From the NCBI GenBank assembly GCA_047495785.1, contig JBLDXI010000017.1:558001-622000 (forward strand): DNA of 64,000 nt, written 5' to 3'. The stretch comes from Lepidodermella squamata (lineage: Eukaryota; Animalia; Gastrotricha). Below, one piece after another: positions 25,071 through 36,829 of this stretch; position 1 is the first letter of the stretch, and each line of letters starts with the position of its first letter. Both the position numbers and the translations under genes were made by a program. Under the pieces are notes generated by a model, which was given only the letters and a program-made list of their open reading frames with translations, did no database searches and was not told the DNA's origin.

Positions 25071-26542
25071 ATTTTCCAAGTTAACGTTATTCAGAAACAA
25101 TTAATCGTTCTTTATCGCCCGTGATTGTTTCTTGCCCTTTTTCATAATTCGCACTTTATTACTGATAAGAAAATTATATTCAAAAAAACACAAAGGATAA
25201 GGTAGGGTGTTGAGATATCGAGTGAGACGTGTTACCCTTTATTTATGAATCATCGTCATCCCGATTTTTCCATGTCACAGGGTTTTCCCTTCGCTTCTGA
25301 TGCCACGGTGATGAAATCGCCCGTTCTGATCCAGGTGGAATTCACTCGTGTCAAAAATGATGAAATGACGCAATTTCCCCCATAAATTGACGATGCAGCC
25401 TTCGAGGGCGCAGAAACTCGAGCACTAACTGCGAAATGAAAAAAAAATTAATAATTCACCGATTTTACGTATATATTTTTATAGCCGACTTTAACGGGCG
25501 GAATCGATTGTAAAAATAGAAGTCCCGCCACGATCGGGCATTACCTTCTCGTCTTTTCTCGCCCGCGAAGATTAAGGGGGATATACAAAGAAACCTGGCG
25601 CGCGCAAAAGATGTCCATATTTCCGCGGAATATCCTCAAAAATAATCCTTCTGGCGCTGTTTCCACGTGACATGATTCACCATCATCATGGCTGCTGTTG
25701 TTGAAAATGTAGGTCACTCGCTGCTACATTTAGGTCACCACTACATATGACACAATAATTTTGTTACACGTGGTGCTGTGCTATTTATAAATCAATGGCG
25801 AATATTCTCGATTTATTGCACTGAAGCTGCTGCTGTCGATTTCTGGAACATTTATTTGTTTTCATGGCACTTCAAGTAAACAACGCGGCCTGCGTGCGCT
25901 TGAAATCAAGTGAGCCGTATGAGCTGCGATTTCTTCCCTTTACAACCTGACACAAAAATTATTCATTTTCTTCAGCATCAGCGCGTAGGTATTTGAGGTG
26001 GGCAATTTTTGTCCCGAGCCTGCGATGTGGGGCGATTTTTTCATGATCGAATTAATTGCTGCGGGTAATTGTAGAAGTTTCTCCACACCAGCGGGCGAGC
26101 TTCGTGCATGCTAATTAGCCATCAATTTCAGTGTCGATTAATAGACGCCACAGAACGGCGCGGAAATCATCAAGCTAGCCCGCCCGAAAAAAGCTAGACA
26201 GGCTATATAAAAGCATCGCAATGGAGTATATCACACGCCCGCGGATGCTTTGGCGTTGCTTTTCAGAAATTAGGTATACTGTCACGCATATCAATGATGA
26301 TGCGTAATTCTCCAACAATTTGAAATTCATCATCCACGCCACTCCAAAAACCGTTTCAGAGGGTAGAATTAAACATAGCGCCTAGCGGTTTATTTTTAAT
26401 CGCCTAGAATAATCTCAACCTCTAATTACCACTCCAATGCCAAAATTAAATTGATGGATTTTAACCAGGAAAAATGGCGAAAATTGAATGAAAATGGCTC
26501 ATTTTTGCCTGAATTTTTCTAGATTTTATTTCTGATTAAAAA

Positions 26543-27471
26543 ATGCTGAACTGTAAATTTGCTGCAATTTTTCAACTGCTGTCTTGCTTTCTGATCTACC
26601 AAGCTCATGCCAACAGCAACAGCGGAATATTTGATGGTGAGTCGATTTTCTTGTTAAAAAAAATCCACCTTAAATTATACAACTTTTTTATTTCACATTT
26701 TCATTTTGTTCAACACAAATTTCACCAGTGATTTTGGTCACGTGCCCAGCTTTTTCTGCCTATTCATTTTTCTCTGCTGTTTTTTGTGCAGTGGCACAAA
26801 AATTAAGAAAAAAGCAGAAGCTGTTTGGGTAAAAAACAATAAAATGAATAGGCAGAAAAAACTGGGCACGTGACCAAAATCCCTGGTGAAATTTGTTTTT
26901 AGCAAACATAAAAATGCAAAAAGCTGTAGAAAACATTTTTCTGTCGAATTTCAGGACATTTTTCAACAATTTTGCTTCTTAATAACTAAAATTTAAATCT
27001 CAATTAATTTTTAATATAGAGGATACGATTCGAGAGGGCCTCGAGAGTTTGGATAAATGCAAGCGATTTCCGATGGATCTGTCCTTCAATTTATCCTGCA
27101 TATCTACAACATCTCGAACTTTCACCGACTTTTATTTCAACAGCGTGACAGGCCAGTGCGACAACTATCCGTACACCCCAGAATGCATGCCGCATCGGAT
27201 GAATGGGAAACGCGGTTTCAAATCGCGCCGCGAGTGCAGCAAAGTTTGCCGACCCATTTGGTCGGCGATAAAAAGCACGCGGTCCGTGTGTCCGTCAAAA
27301 GTCAACTCCTACTGCAATCATCCGATCAATCTAGGCAAAGGCACGCTGCATTCGACTCGGTTTTACTACAGCACTACCTACTGTAAATGTGTTCGGTTCT
27401 CGTATTCAGGCTCCGGCGGGAATAGTAACAATTTTCTATCCCTAGACCAGTGCATGAGAGCGTGCATGTAA
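26543..27471 (+). CDS. Secreted two-domain Kunitz protein (K4); second domain lacks the Cys2-Cys4 pair
   Basis: Exons 26543-26636 and 27020-27471; FYFNSVTGQC and FSYSGSGGNSNNF motifs. Confidence 0.85.
26715..26896. mobile_element. Small MITE-like hairpin in the K4 intron
   Basis: About 55-bp near-perfect inverted arms (acaaatttcaccag...gcctattcatttt / aaaatgaataggc...ctggtgaaatttgt). Confidence 0.75.
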
Positions 27472-28177
27472 AATTTGAATATTAATCCACCTTGAAACAC
27501 GCCGAAATCTCTCTTTTATTTATATTTTTTGTCATCTCTGTTTGTCTCGGTACTTATTATGATTGTATATCTTACCGCGCGTCAGTATTGTAGAAAATTT
27601 ACCATTTTTTGTAACACGGTAAAAAAGTTGTTGAAAACAATAATAAAATGAGAGAAAAATTGAATAATAATCATCGGGCATGGTAAGAGTGCAAACTTGG
27701 ACAATAACTTTTTCATGGAATGGAATATGCACTCATCACCATCATCGTCGTCGCCGCCAAAAAATAGCTACAAGTCCTTGTAAAAGCAGAAGAACTAATG
27801 AAAAACACGCGCGCTGCAACTTTGAATCAGCGCGTGTCATGAGCAAATAAACTTTTGAAATTAACCTCAATTAAGTGGTCGAATGCAAATAGAATTTTCG
27901 AGACAAATGTATTAGGTAATCAAGACGAACAAATCCTTAAAAATCCAAGACGTTCGTGGCTTGACTTGGGGACAACAATTTGGGAGAGTGCGCTAAACAG
28001 GATTTTACCGATAATAATTTGCGATTTTGTTCCTCTTAAATTTTAGTTCCACCAAAACCAGCGGATTCGCCACTCTGATCCAGCCGATAATTTTTTAATA
28101 TGAAATGAAACACCAATTAAAATCTTGACTGTGTTCGTAATTTATGATAAAATAATTGAATTTTTATTTCCAATAAA

Positions 28178-28591
28178 ATGTTTTCAGTCGAGATCTTCGG
28201 CATTTTTTCTTTGTTAGTTTCAGCTACCTTCAGTGTAGCTATAGAAACGCCCGAAATTGAAAATCATGTTGAACACGATTTACCGATTAACAAACCAGAA
28301 ATTTGCAATATGCCGAAAGATATCGGAATCAGGTGTAGACCGTACCGAGTCATGTATTACTTTGACTCAGACGTTGGCAAATGTGCGCGATTTGCGTATC
28401 GAGTGAGACATTTTATTATTTTAATTGCGCTAAATTTTTGACTTATTTTACTCATTCAGGGCTGCGGTGGAAATCTGAATCGCTTTCATTTGCTGTCCGA
28501 ATGTTTGTCCGTATGCGATAACGCTCGCGATAGCAATATCAAGCAGGGTAAAAAAGCGAGTAGCAGTCTATCCGGCCGCGTGATTCATTGA
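28178..28591 (+). CDS. Secreted single-domain Kunitz protein (K5)
   Basis: Exons 28178-28402 and 28460-28591; CNMPKDIGIRCRPY...FAYR|GCGGNLNRF. Confidence 0.87.
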
Positions 28592-29302
28592 TAAAACCCG
28601 GCGTAGCACACATTGGACAGCACACGAGATAAAGACGACGACGGCAAAAAGTCAAACATACTACGCTATGACCTAGCTTACACAACAACATCTAACCGGA
28701 TTTAGCCTCTTAAAATCATGACACAATTGTACTTTTCCAAGCAATTTTCACGAACAAATAATAAAAATGTTAGGATTTTTTGGAATTTTTTTTCAGGTGA
28801 CCCTAGGACATTTTTGGTTAAGCATTGACGCACGAAGCGCAGATTTTGAAACGAGGATGTTTTTTCTATACTATGTTTGTGGTATAATTATACCACACAA
28901 AGTAGCCAAGCCAGCTGGAATTGGCGTCAAATGCTCACGCAAGCAGAAAGTCTTAGTAATTTTTTATTGCTAACTTGAATGTTTGCGGCGGCGTCGTGTT
29001 CATTAAGGGATCCTATTCGGCGCCATGCCATTAGTATAGCCTAATGAGTGTTGTTGGCTTAGCTGCTTTGTATGCAGTGCGCTCATTATTATTAGCATTG
29101 TTGTAATGTGTTCATGTTTCATCTCATCACGATCTTGTTAGATTACCATCAATGGAGTAGATTATCACGAGTGATATAGCTATAAAAAAATCAGTGCGAA
29201 AATTACCTGCGTATTTAACTCTTTGCCCTACTTATACGCTTATTTTTTATCACGTGTGTTGTTTATCATGAGTAGAATTTTTCATCTTTGTTATTATTCA
29301 CA

Positions 29303-29943
29303 ATGCCGGTTGAAATGTCAAGATCGCCAAATAAACGACCAAATCGACAAAAATCTGAAATTTTACCAAAAAGGTAAACAAAATTCTTTTTAAGGTGGAT
29401 TTTTCTTATAATTCTTTTTTCAGGAGATTTCAGCTTGATTTGTCTGATCTCGAGCCGGATTCTCCGGATTCCTTGTCGTCAACCTCGTCTAACTCTTCAT
29501 CATCGTCCGATCACTGCTACAGCAAATTAGCGCCACTGAATTCGAGTTACGAAGACGACGACGATCGAACCGATTCTGAGCCTGACATGTCGATATGCCA
29601 CGGCTGCTCATGCGTTTTCAAATCACCTCTCGGCCTCGACCAACACCTCCGCCATTCAACAGTTTGCGCCTCAGCGCTTGTCTGTCAAAAAATGGCTCGA
29701 ATTCAACAAGAAATCAGTCAACTACGCGGTGATATTCTGCCGACGAGTGGTTACAACCGCCGAGCACCCCAGGAACGGCGGTATTGCATTGGGTGCAAAA
29801 CCGACTACGGAACATTCACGCGACTTGCGTGTCACCTAGCCCGATCAAAAACTTGCGAACTCGCCGCAACCTATCAAGAGATTGTAGCAACAAGCAAGCG
29901 ACTTCGTGATAGTAATAGCTATTCCAAATCATTGCAAATTTAG
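29303..29943 (+). CDS. Small zinc-finger protein ZF1 (two C-x2-C-x12-H-x6-C fingers)
   Basis: Exons 29303-29373 and 29424-29943. Basic N-terminus, Ser/Asp-rich region, then CHGC...HLRHSTVC and CIGC...HLARSKTC. Confidence 0.8.
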
Positions 29944-30374
29944 CTTCTCAAATTTTGAAATGAAATTACGTAGTCTTCTTTCAGCATCATCACATTTTTT
30001 CTTTCATCGTAGTATTTTGTATAAAAAATATGAACTTCTCTGTCGAAGGACGCAATAAAATGATTCATTGATCACTCGGTAGTCGCGTTTTGGCTGTTTT
30101 CTTTTTTATTATTGCGCGCCGAGAAGGGCCGAGCTGTAATCATTATTTGAGTGCGCGGCGTGCTAATAATCTAGGTCACGACGCAGACAGGGCGCCGTGC
30201 GGCCTGAGTTGCTGTTTTTGGCTTACACACTGCTAATCATAGAACAGTAAAAAAGAGTCTTCTCATTATTATTGCTGACGTGCTTGTTGCATAACAAAAT
30301 AATTTTCCTTTTAAAAATATTTAGGCTAGAGTTTTCAAATAAATAAAATTTGAATAATTTGTTGCTGCTTTGAT

Positions 30375-30910
30375 ATGGCTGGTCTGATGGCAAACGCTAA
30401 TAATCGCCCACTGGATTGGGAAATCGGCTCGAAGAAAATGTTTGCTGACGATTTTCGATTTGAAAAATTATGCCTGTTTTTATTTTTTTTAGGAGGTTCA
30501 CGGAGTGGGAATCAGATGATTTTGCGACGAATGAAAACGACTGTTTCTCGAACTCTCCCAAGTCCTCAGTTGTCGATTTAACTCACAGCGATGAAGACGA
30601 AAAATGTTTCGAGGCCAACACGTCGCCGAAATCCGTCATTGAATGCAGCGGGTGTTCTCGTCAATTTCGAACCCGTCTCGCCCTCAATTATCACCTCGCT
30701 CGTTCTCGCGCCTGTTCTAATCACAACAATGATGTCCAGAAGAAGCAACAAACGCCGATTTACCTCACCGGTTTCGTGTGTCAGTGCTGTTTCGCCCGGT
30801 TCAGCTCATTTCAGCCGCTTGTCTATCACCTATCGACTTCGACCGAATGCGAACAAGCGCGGATCTATCAAGATCTGGTTCAAATTGCTTCGGATATAAT
30901 CTCGGCCTAA
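30375..30910 (+). CDS. Small zinc-finger protein ZF2 (two C-x2-C-x12-H-x6-C fingers)
   Basis: Probable exons 30375-30439 and 30493-30910. CSGC...HLARSRAC and CQCC...HLSTSTEC; VVDLT followed by acidic residues. Confidence 0.78.
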
Positions 30911-31076
30911 TAACAATCAACTAGTCCAGTTTTCCCGCTCAATTTTTCAAAATTAATCTGACGTGTTGTAGATTTGTTGATAATTTTTCTCCCTGCTCAA
31001 ATGCCTTGTTGTTGCCTGATTTATTTCGTATAATAAAATTTCAGTGATTGTAGATGCTTCAGTTTTGTTTTTAGAA

Positions 31077-31571
31077 ATGAATTCTCGTAATTTTGAGGAA
31101 GATCGGCTATTCGCTGTGAATGTCGCCAAGTCGCTGTTTTGTAATTGCCCTCAAGAAATAATGGTAAAAATGTCGAAAACTAGGCCAAAAATTGACTGCT
31201 TGTTTATTTTATTTCAGGAGGACTCTGAACTGTGTGACCTTTGCCTATTTTATCTCTTCGAAGAAATCGAACCAGCGCAGCCACAGATTGAAGCATTGCC
31301 GATTGCAGAACCAGTTCAAGACGATTATGCAGCTAAAAACGTCTCAGAGGAACAAGAAAATTCATCGCGTTGCAAATTTTGCGGACGATTGTCGCGCCGT
31401 CTTGAAGAACATCAGGCGAAGTGTCCGAGTAAAAACGCAGTAAAGTGCCCTCTTTGCGATCGGCAATTTGCGTCACCTATCGCCCTCAGCGGACACATTC
31501 GGAAGGCTAAAAATTGCAAAAGCTTGTTGACAGTTTCGACAGAGGTTCCATTACAACGAAACGCTGCCTGA
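31077..31571 (+). CDS. Small zinc-finger protein ZF3
   Basis: Probable intron at about 31164-31217. CKFC...HQAKC and CPLC...HIRKAKNC; extra N-terminal CNC...CDLC. Confidence 0.75.
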   Translation: MNSRNFEEDRLFAVNVAKSLFCNCPQEIMVKMSKTRPKIDCLFILFQEDSELCDLCLFYLFEEIEPAQPQIEALPIAEPVQDDYAAKNVSEEQENSSRCKFCGRLSRRLEEHQAKCPSKNAVKCPLCDRQFASPIALSGHIRKAKNCKSLLTVSTEVPLQRNAA

Positions 31572-31888
31572 TTTTTCAAACTTTTATTTATACCTTTTTT
31601 ATTTTGCTTCTCTTTGAAAATCGGTAAAATAAAATGGAATTTTAATTTAAAAAATAGCCGGAAAATCGGTGTTATTGTCCATAAATAGGCAGTTTTAGAG
31701 CGTCATTGGACCTCATTGGAATTTTTCGGGCCTAGCAACGCAGAGTAATCCATTTCGACCGAAATATCTCAGATTTTGAAAAGTCAGTAATTTTACAAAA
31801 ATTACAATAATTTACTGTCATCGATTGGCACAGTGATTATTATTGCGAACAAAATTCGAGAAAAATCACTAAAAAATACGAAATCAAA

Positions 31889-32785
31889 TCATGACGTAGA
31901 AGGCTGGCTGTTGATTGAGGCTAGAGCTGCGGCGAGTTGTTGCTGAACGGCGGCAGCAAAACTCGGCTCACCTGAAGAAAAAATCGGCAATTACTTAATT
32001 AATTTCGACTGATTAAAACTCACCTTTGTTATTGGCTGATGACATTCGCTCAATGGTCATGTCACTAGGCCGCCATTCGCCCGCGTTGTTGTAATTATTG
32101 TTGATCGATGACGAGGAAGATACAGGTGAATGATGGCCGCGGTCAGCGTCATTCGTTAGCCCTGCGATGTGGTGAGATGGCACCAGCACCGAATGGGCGC
32201 CTCTTAATAACGCCGAAGAAGCTGCGGCCTTCTTACGCTTTTTCCACTTCGCGCGACGGTTCTGGTACCAAACCTGAAATTAAAAAAAAATCCTGGTGAA
32301 AAATAAATTAGGTAGGATTTTAAATTCAATAAAAAATTAACAATTATTTTTATTTAGAATTTTTTTTAATTATGTCAAAAATTAAAAAATTGTTAAGTTT
32401 TTTTCATTATAACCTGAACTCGAGATTCAGTTAGGCCGATGCGATTAGCGAGTTCTTCGCGCATAAATACATCTGGGTAGTGCGTGCTCGAGAAGGCAGA
32501 TTCGAGTTCACTCAACTGTGACGGCGTGAACCGCGTTCGATGGCGCTTCGATTTCGAACACGTTGTCGTAGCGACTAAAACACTATTGCTCGCCGTCAAA
32601 ACTTGCTGTTGTTGCGGACTATGTTGACTTGGCGCTACTAAATTGGCGTTAAAATGTTGTGATGCAGTGAAGTGTGACGACGGCTGAGAACTAGGAGTGA
32701 AATGACTCGGGCTCGCCTGGAATGCTGATTGTTGCTGGTGGAGCTGTTGGGTATTAATACGGTCATAATTATTAAACCCACTCAT
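31889..32785 (-). CDS. otp: Orthopedia, paired-like Q50 homeobox transcription factor
   Basis: Exons 32785-32414, 32273-32024, 31971-31889. Homeodomain [45 protein letters not shown]|[15 protein letters not shown] matches the Otp signature; intron at the PRD-class 46/47 position. Confidence 0.92.
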
Positions 32786-33307
32786 TTACTGCGGAAAAAT
32801 GTGATAATAAAAGTTCCACCTTAAAAATGTCAAAATTCGCGAAAAATGTCTCGAATAATAATAATGAAATTACGCGCATTTAGTGCGAATCATTTTATAC
32901 AGTGCGTTACCTTTAAGAAATTGGGATATCTATTAAAGGTAAACAATTGGCATCCGGCGTTGTTGGCCATTATCGGGCCGTTGATTTCCGCATTCGAAAG
33001 TCATAATATAATCAGCGCGCTAATGCAGTTTTAATTGCAGCCAATTTCCGCCTCGAGCTGCTCTTCGCTTACGGATGTCGTTTAAACGCATTAAAATTGA
33101 CCTGAAAACTTCAAGCAATTTAAATAATAGTATTTCAATGGAACCAAGATTATGATAATATTATACGCAAAATGAAAGTAATATAGAATATTTATTCAAT
33201 TACGATTTTGACTCTGAGATCGGTTTCACGAATTAATTAGGTATCTTTTAATATAGCGAAGATGACAACACTAATAAAACCAGAATATTTCGAGCATTGT
33301 CTGTCTT

Positions 33308-35891
33308 TTAAGTCTTTGAGGATAGTCGCGGCCGAGGGGGTGATCGTCCGAAAAACGGCGCCAAAATCTGAATTAGAACATTTTGATTCAAAATTCTATC
33401 GCTCAATCAAATCAACTAACTTTGACCAAATAAATTAAGAAAATATTCAGGTAGCAATACGCCAGGGTGACTAGAGACACTGTTACGTGTACAGCATCTT
33501 TAGGCCATTGAACAGCGATGATCAAAACTCCGCCAGCTATTGTCACAGTTCCTATTGAAATGAAAGTAACTGCTGCCTTCAACTCATCGATTTTGTCAGC
33601 ATTCGTTCGATATCTTGCTCCAGCTTTGCATTTCTTAATACAAAAATTCATCATTAAAAATCGTAATTTTAAGGGTTAAAATCACCAGGCGGAGATCATA
33701 GCCTTTAAAACAAGCTGAAATAACTGCTAGCGTGTGAAAACTCAAAACTGCGAAGAGCAAGGCCATAGCATTGAAAATTTTGTAGTTCACGCGACATTCC
33801 AATTGATAGGGTTGATAGGCGGTTGAAGAATCCTCGGAATAGTAACGCGACAACTCAACCAAGCCAACTTCATTCAAGCCACCAATAGCGAGGAAACCAA
33901 CCACCAAAGCGATGTGTAGACTGATCCAAGTTCCAATGATTGCCATTGAATAAAAATTACGAAAACCATTGGCGTTCGATAGAATTCGAGATCCTTTGTC
34001 AAGCTTAGCGAACAACCCGGAGATGAAGCAAGCGAACCCTACGCTTATTAGGAAAGTCGAGGCTGAACAGTGGTAAGAAACACTGGAAAGTGTAGCCTCC
34101 GACATTGGCACAACTACCGGCCCGTAGCAGCACATTAAAACATTTCCTAATAGGCTCATTGAGTTTTCCGCTTTAAAAGCGGAATTTCCCTGGATATTCC
34201 AAATGAGCAACGCAACTGAAGACAAAGCAGCAACAACGGATAACGCTGAAAGAGAATTATACAAATTGTCAATCATGAAGCTGAAGTTGGGAACTGACTA
34301 ACCAAAGATCGTCCAGTAGATTGGATCACTCATTTGACTAACAAAAAATGCGATTATTTCAACGGAATCCTTAGGCGGTGATGTAGAGCCTCCATTCCAT
34401 TTCGGTCCTTTTTCGATCAAGTAGAAAGACCTATCTCCAGATCTAAAGTACGCAACGAAAACTTGTTTGGGGTTCAAGCTCTTTTCATTATTTAGCTGCA
34501 TTTGTGAAAACGCTATTGGAACGTATCCTAAGGTGTTGAGGGTGGTCTTTCGGTCAAAGTGATAAATACCCCGAAAGCCATTGACCTCCAGAGAGTAAAT
34601 TGCATCTTTCATCAATTCTGCGAAAAATCTGCTGTTCTGGCGAAATTTCTGTGAGCTTGTGGTCCAATCCATTAGGGTTGAGTTAAGCCTTTGCTTCAAA
34701 AGCTTCTCCGCCTGTTCGACAACAAATCCGGCGAATATTGTAATGCCATAGCAATCTGAGGGCCAAATCGAAAGTCCTGGCGCGTTTTTAACGCCATATA
34801 TTTTGGCATCGAGAGCTGTGGAGAATTCGGCAGCTGTTAGACCACCGCTGTCCCGGTAGTCCGGGCCGAAAAGGGTTGTCATTTCCATGAATGAAAAGTA
34901 GAGCCATCCTTGGATCGCTTCTCTCAGCATCCTCCTAGTACACCAAGATCTGACATAAGCTGGAATTTCGACAGTTTCAGGGTCGATTATGATCCAATCA
35001 CTTGCGAAGATGACGTAGCCGGTTCCGAACATGCCGTAGTAGTGAAGCCAGCATGCTAAACTAGCCGGAGAATCTGTGTTTGCTAGAATCACCCTGGGCT
35101 CCGTTTTGTGCATAGCATTGACGGCCGCTGACATCTCAGCCGCATCTTCCGACATGAAAGTTACCTTCCCCAACCAAATAACGCTGATGTTCATACTGCT
35201 CAACACTGGGAGCATGTATTTTTCCTGATCGTTGAAATAGGCGAGGTCTTCGGAGAATATGGCGAGACGTTGCCATCCGTAATGGCGCATGAAATGAGCG
35301 ACAGCATCGCAGGTGAATAGCGGAGATGGGTAGAGCTGGAAAACAGCGTCAAATCGTTTTCGGTTCTTCAAGACGGCCTCATTTTGAAAGAAAAGCGTCA
35401 GCCCGGTGATGTTGAGCTGCTTTATGGACTGGGCGACGACAGACTGACCTTGGGTCGAGCACCAACCGGAAATTACCAAGGGGATTCGGGTTTCATTGGC
35501 GTTATGAACTAACTCTCGAACGGTTTCAGATATAGCTACCGCGTCATCGCACTACATAGATGATAGCTTCATCGAAGGTCAAACTTGCTGTAGAAGAATT
35601 CCTTACCTGGTCATCGATTATCTCGATTTGAAGGTCGTAGTTTTGAAGCCACCGCTTCTCAGCCTGGAGAGTTTTAAAGCGATCCAGGGCGATTTCCATG
35701 CCTTTAGTGCACAACGGACCCACTCCGTAGCTTTGTCCCCCATAGTTGACATGAGCCAGCAGCGTTACAACTTGTTTCTTGGAAGGATTCAATTCGCTTT
35801 TAACAAATCGATCCAAGCTAGCGTTTAGATAAACCATTTCGCCTGCTGCGAAGGCTGTTAGGAACGGCAAAAGGATGAGCATTTTTCTCAT
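33308..35891 (-). CDS. Class C GPCR, GABA-B-receptor-like, copy A
   Basis: Exons 35891-35607, 35551-34303, 34245-33686, 33633-33421, 33367-33308. Signal peptide, Venus-flytrap domain (DDQC, LKNRKRF..FQLYPS, HYGWQRLA), PPKD linker, seven hydrophobic segments, no Cys-rich domain. Confidence 0.85.
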
Positions 35892-36355
35892 TATCTTTTC
35901 GAAAAATTGTATTTGAATGCAACTACTGAATCTGTGGCGGAAATCCGGCGTCTGGGGATAAACGTGACTACGCGGCGTGTTTGATTATTATCGCATGATT
36001 AACTATAGACTTTGAATTAGGCACGTTCTGCTGTCTTTTGATCACCCGATTTCAAGTTCGAAAGTATTCCCCTGATTTCATTGTTTCGGTTTTGAAAAAA
36101 ACAAGCCTCACTCGTATTTCGTACTCAAAAACCGTACCTACGCTTGATACTTGGCAGTTCGGTATGAATCGAAGCAGTACAAGGATTACTACCACAGAAA
36201 AAACAGCAGCGAGTACCATTTATTTTCAAATAACTTGAAACTTTCTCGGCCATAAGGGCGATTTCGGAATTCTGACTTTGCAAGTTCCAGCTCCGCCAAT
36301 TTTTCGAATTTTTGTGTCTCCGTTATGGAATTCTGCTTTTGGATGTTGCCTACAA

Positions 36356-36682
36356 ATCCTATGAATTCATCCGCCCAAGTGCTTAGAGCAGCATACGTGC
36401 ATCGATTTTCCCACTAGTTCCTTCCTTTGTCTGATAATTCGAAAATTCGATCTTTTGGCTTAGCTGAAAATAAATTCGATCGGGAAAGGGTTAAATATAG
36501 CCGAAAAAAATCGAATTTTCGAATTATCAGACAAAGGAAGGAACTAGTGGGAAAATCGATACATGTATGCTGCTCTAAGCACTTAGATGCGTAGTTCGCA
36601 TCTGGTTTCAATCAATTTCACTGAAAATTTCAATCGCGCTAGTTTTTGAATATATAGATTCATCCGGATGCATTCATAGGAT
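36356..36682. mobile_element. Palindromic MITE-like element upstream of receptor copy A
   Basis: About 80-bp near-perfect arms spanning 36377-36584, plus outer 18-bp inverted repeats atcctatgaa(t)tcatccg / cggatgcattcataggat. Confidence 0.75.
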
Positions 36683-36829
36683 TCCTCAGCCAGGTTACCG
36701 TTCTTGTCTTAGTCTTTCTTTCTTTCTTTCTTTCAGTTTTTACGGCATTTACGAGCGGCTTCGGCTCAAAATCACTAATAAACCGCAGAACAACACAAAT
36801 GAAAAGAATTATAACGAACATAATTCGTC

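Noticed and set aside
25303-25338. C/D-box-like hairpin ccacgGTGATGA...CTGAtccaggtgg
   Set aside because: Only 11 nt between the boxes and no identifiable guide sequence; likely chance. An Rfam/Infernal search would settle it.
32862-32872. TAATGAAATTA P3 homeodomain palindrome upstream of otp (possible autoregulation)
   Set aside because: Expected by chance in such AT-rich DNA; needs conservation evidence.
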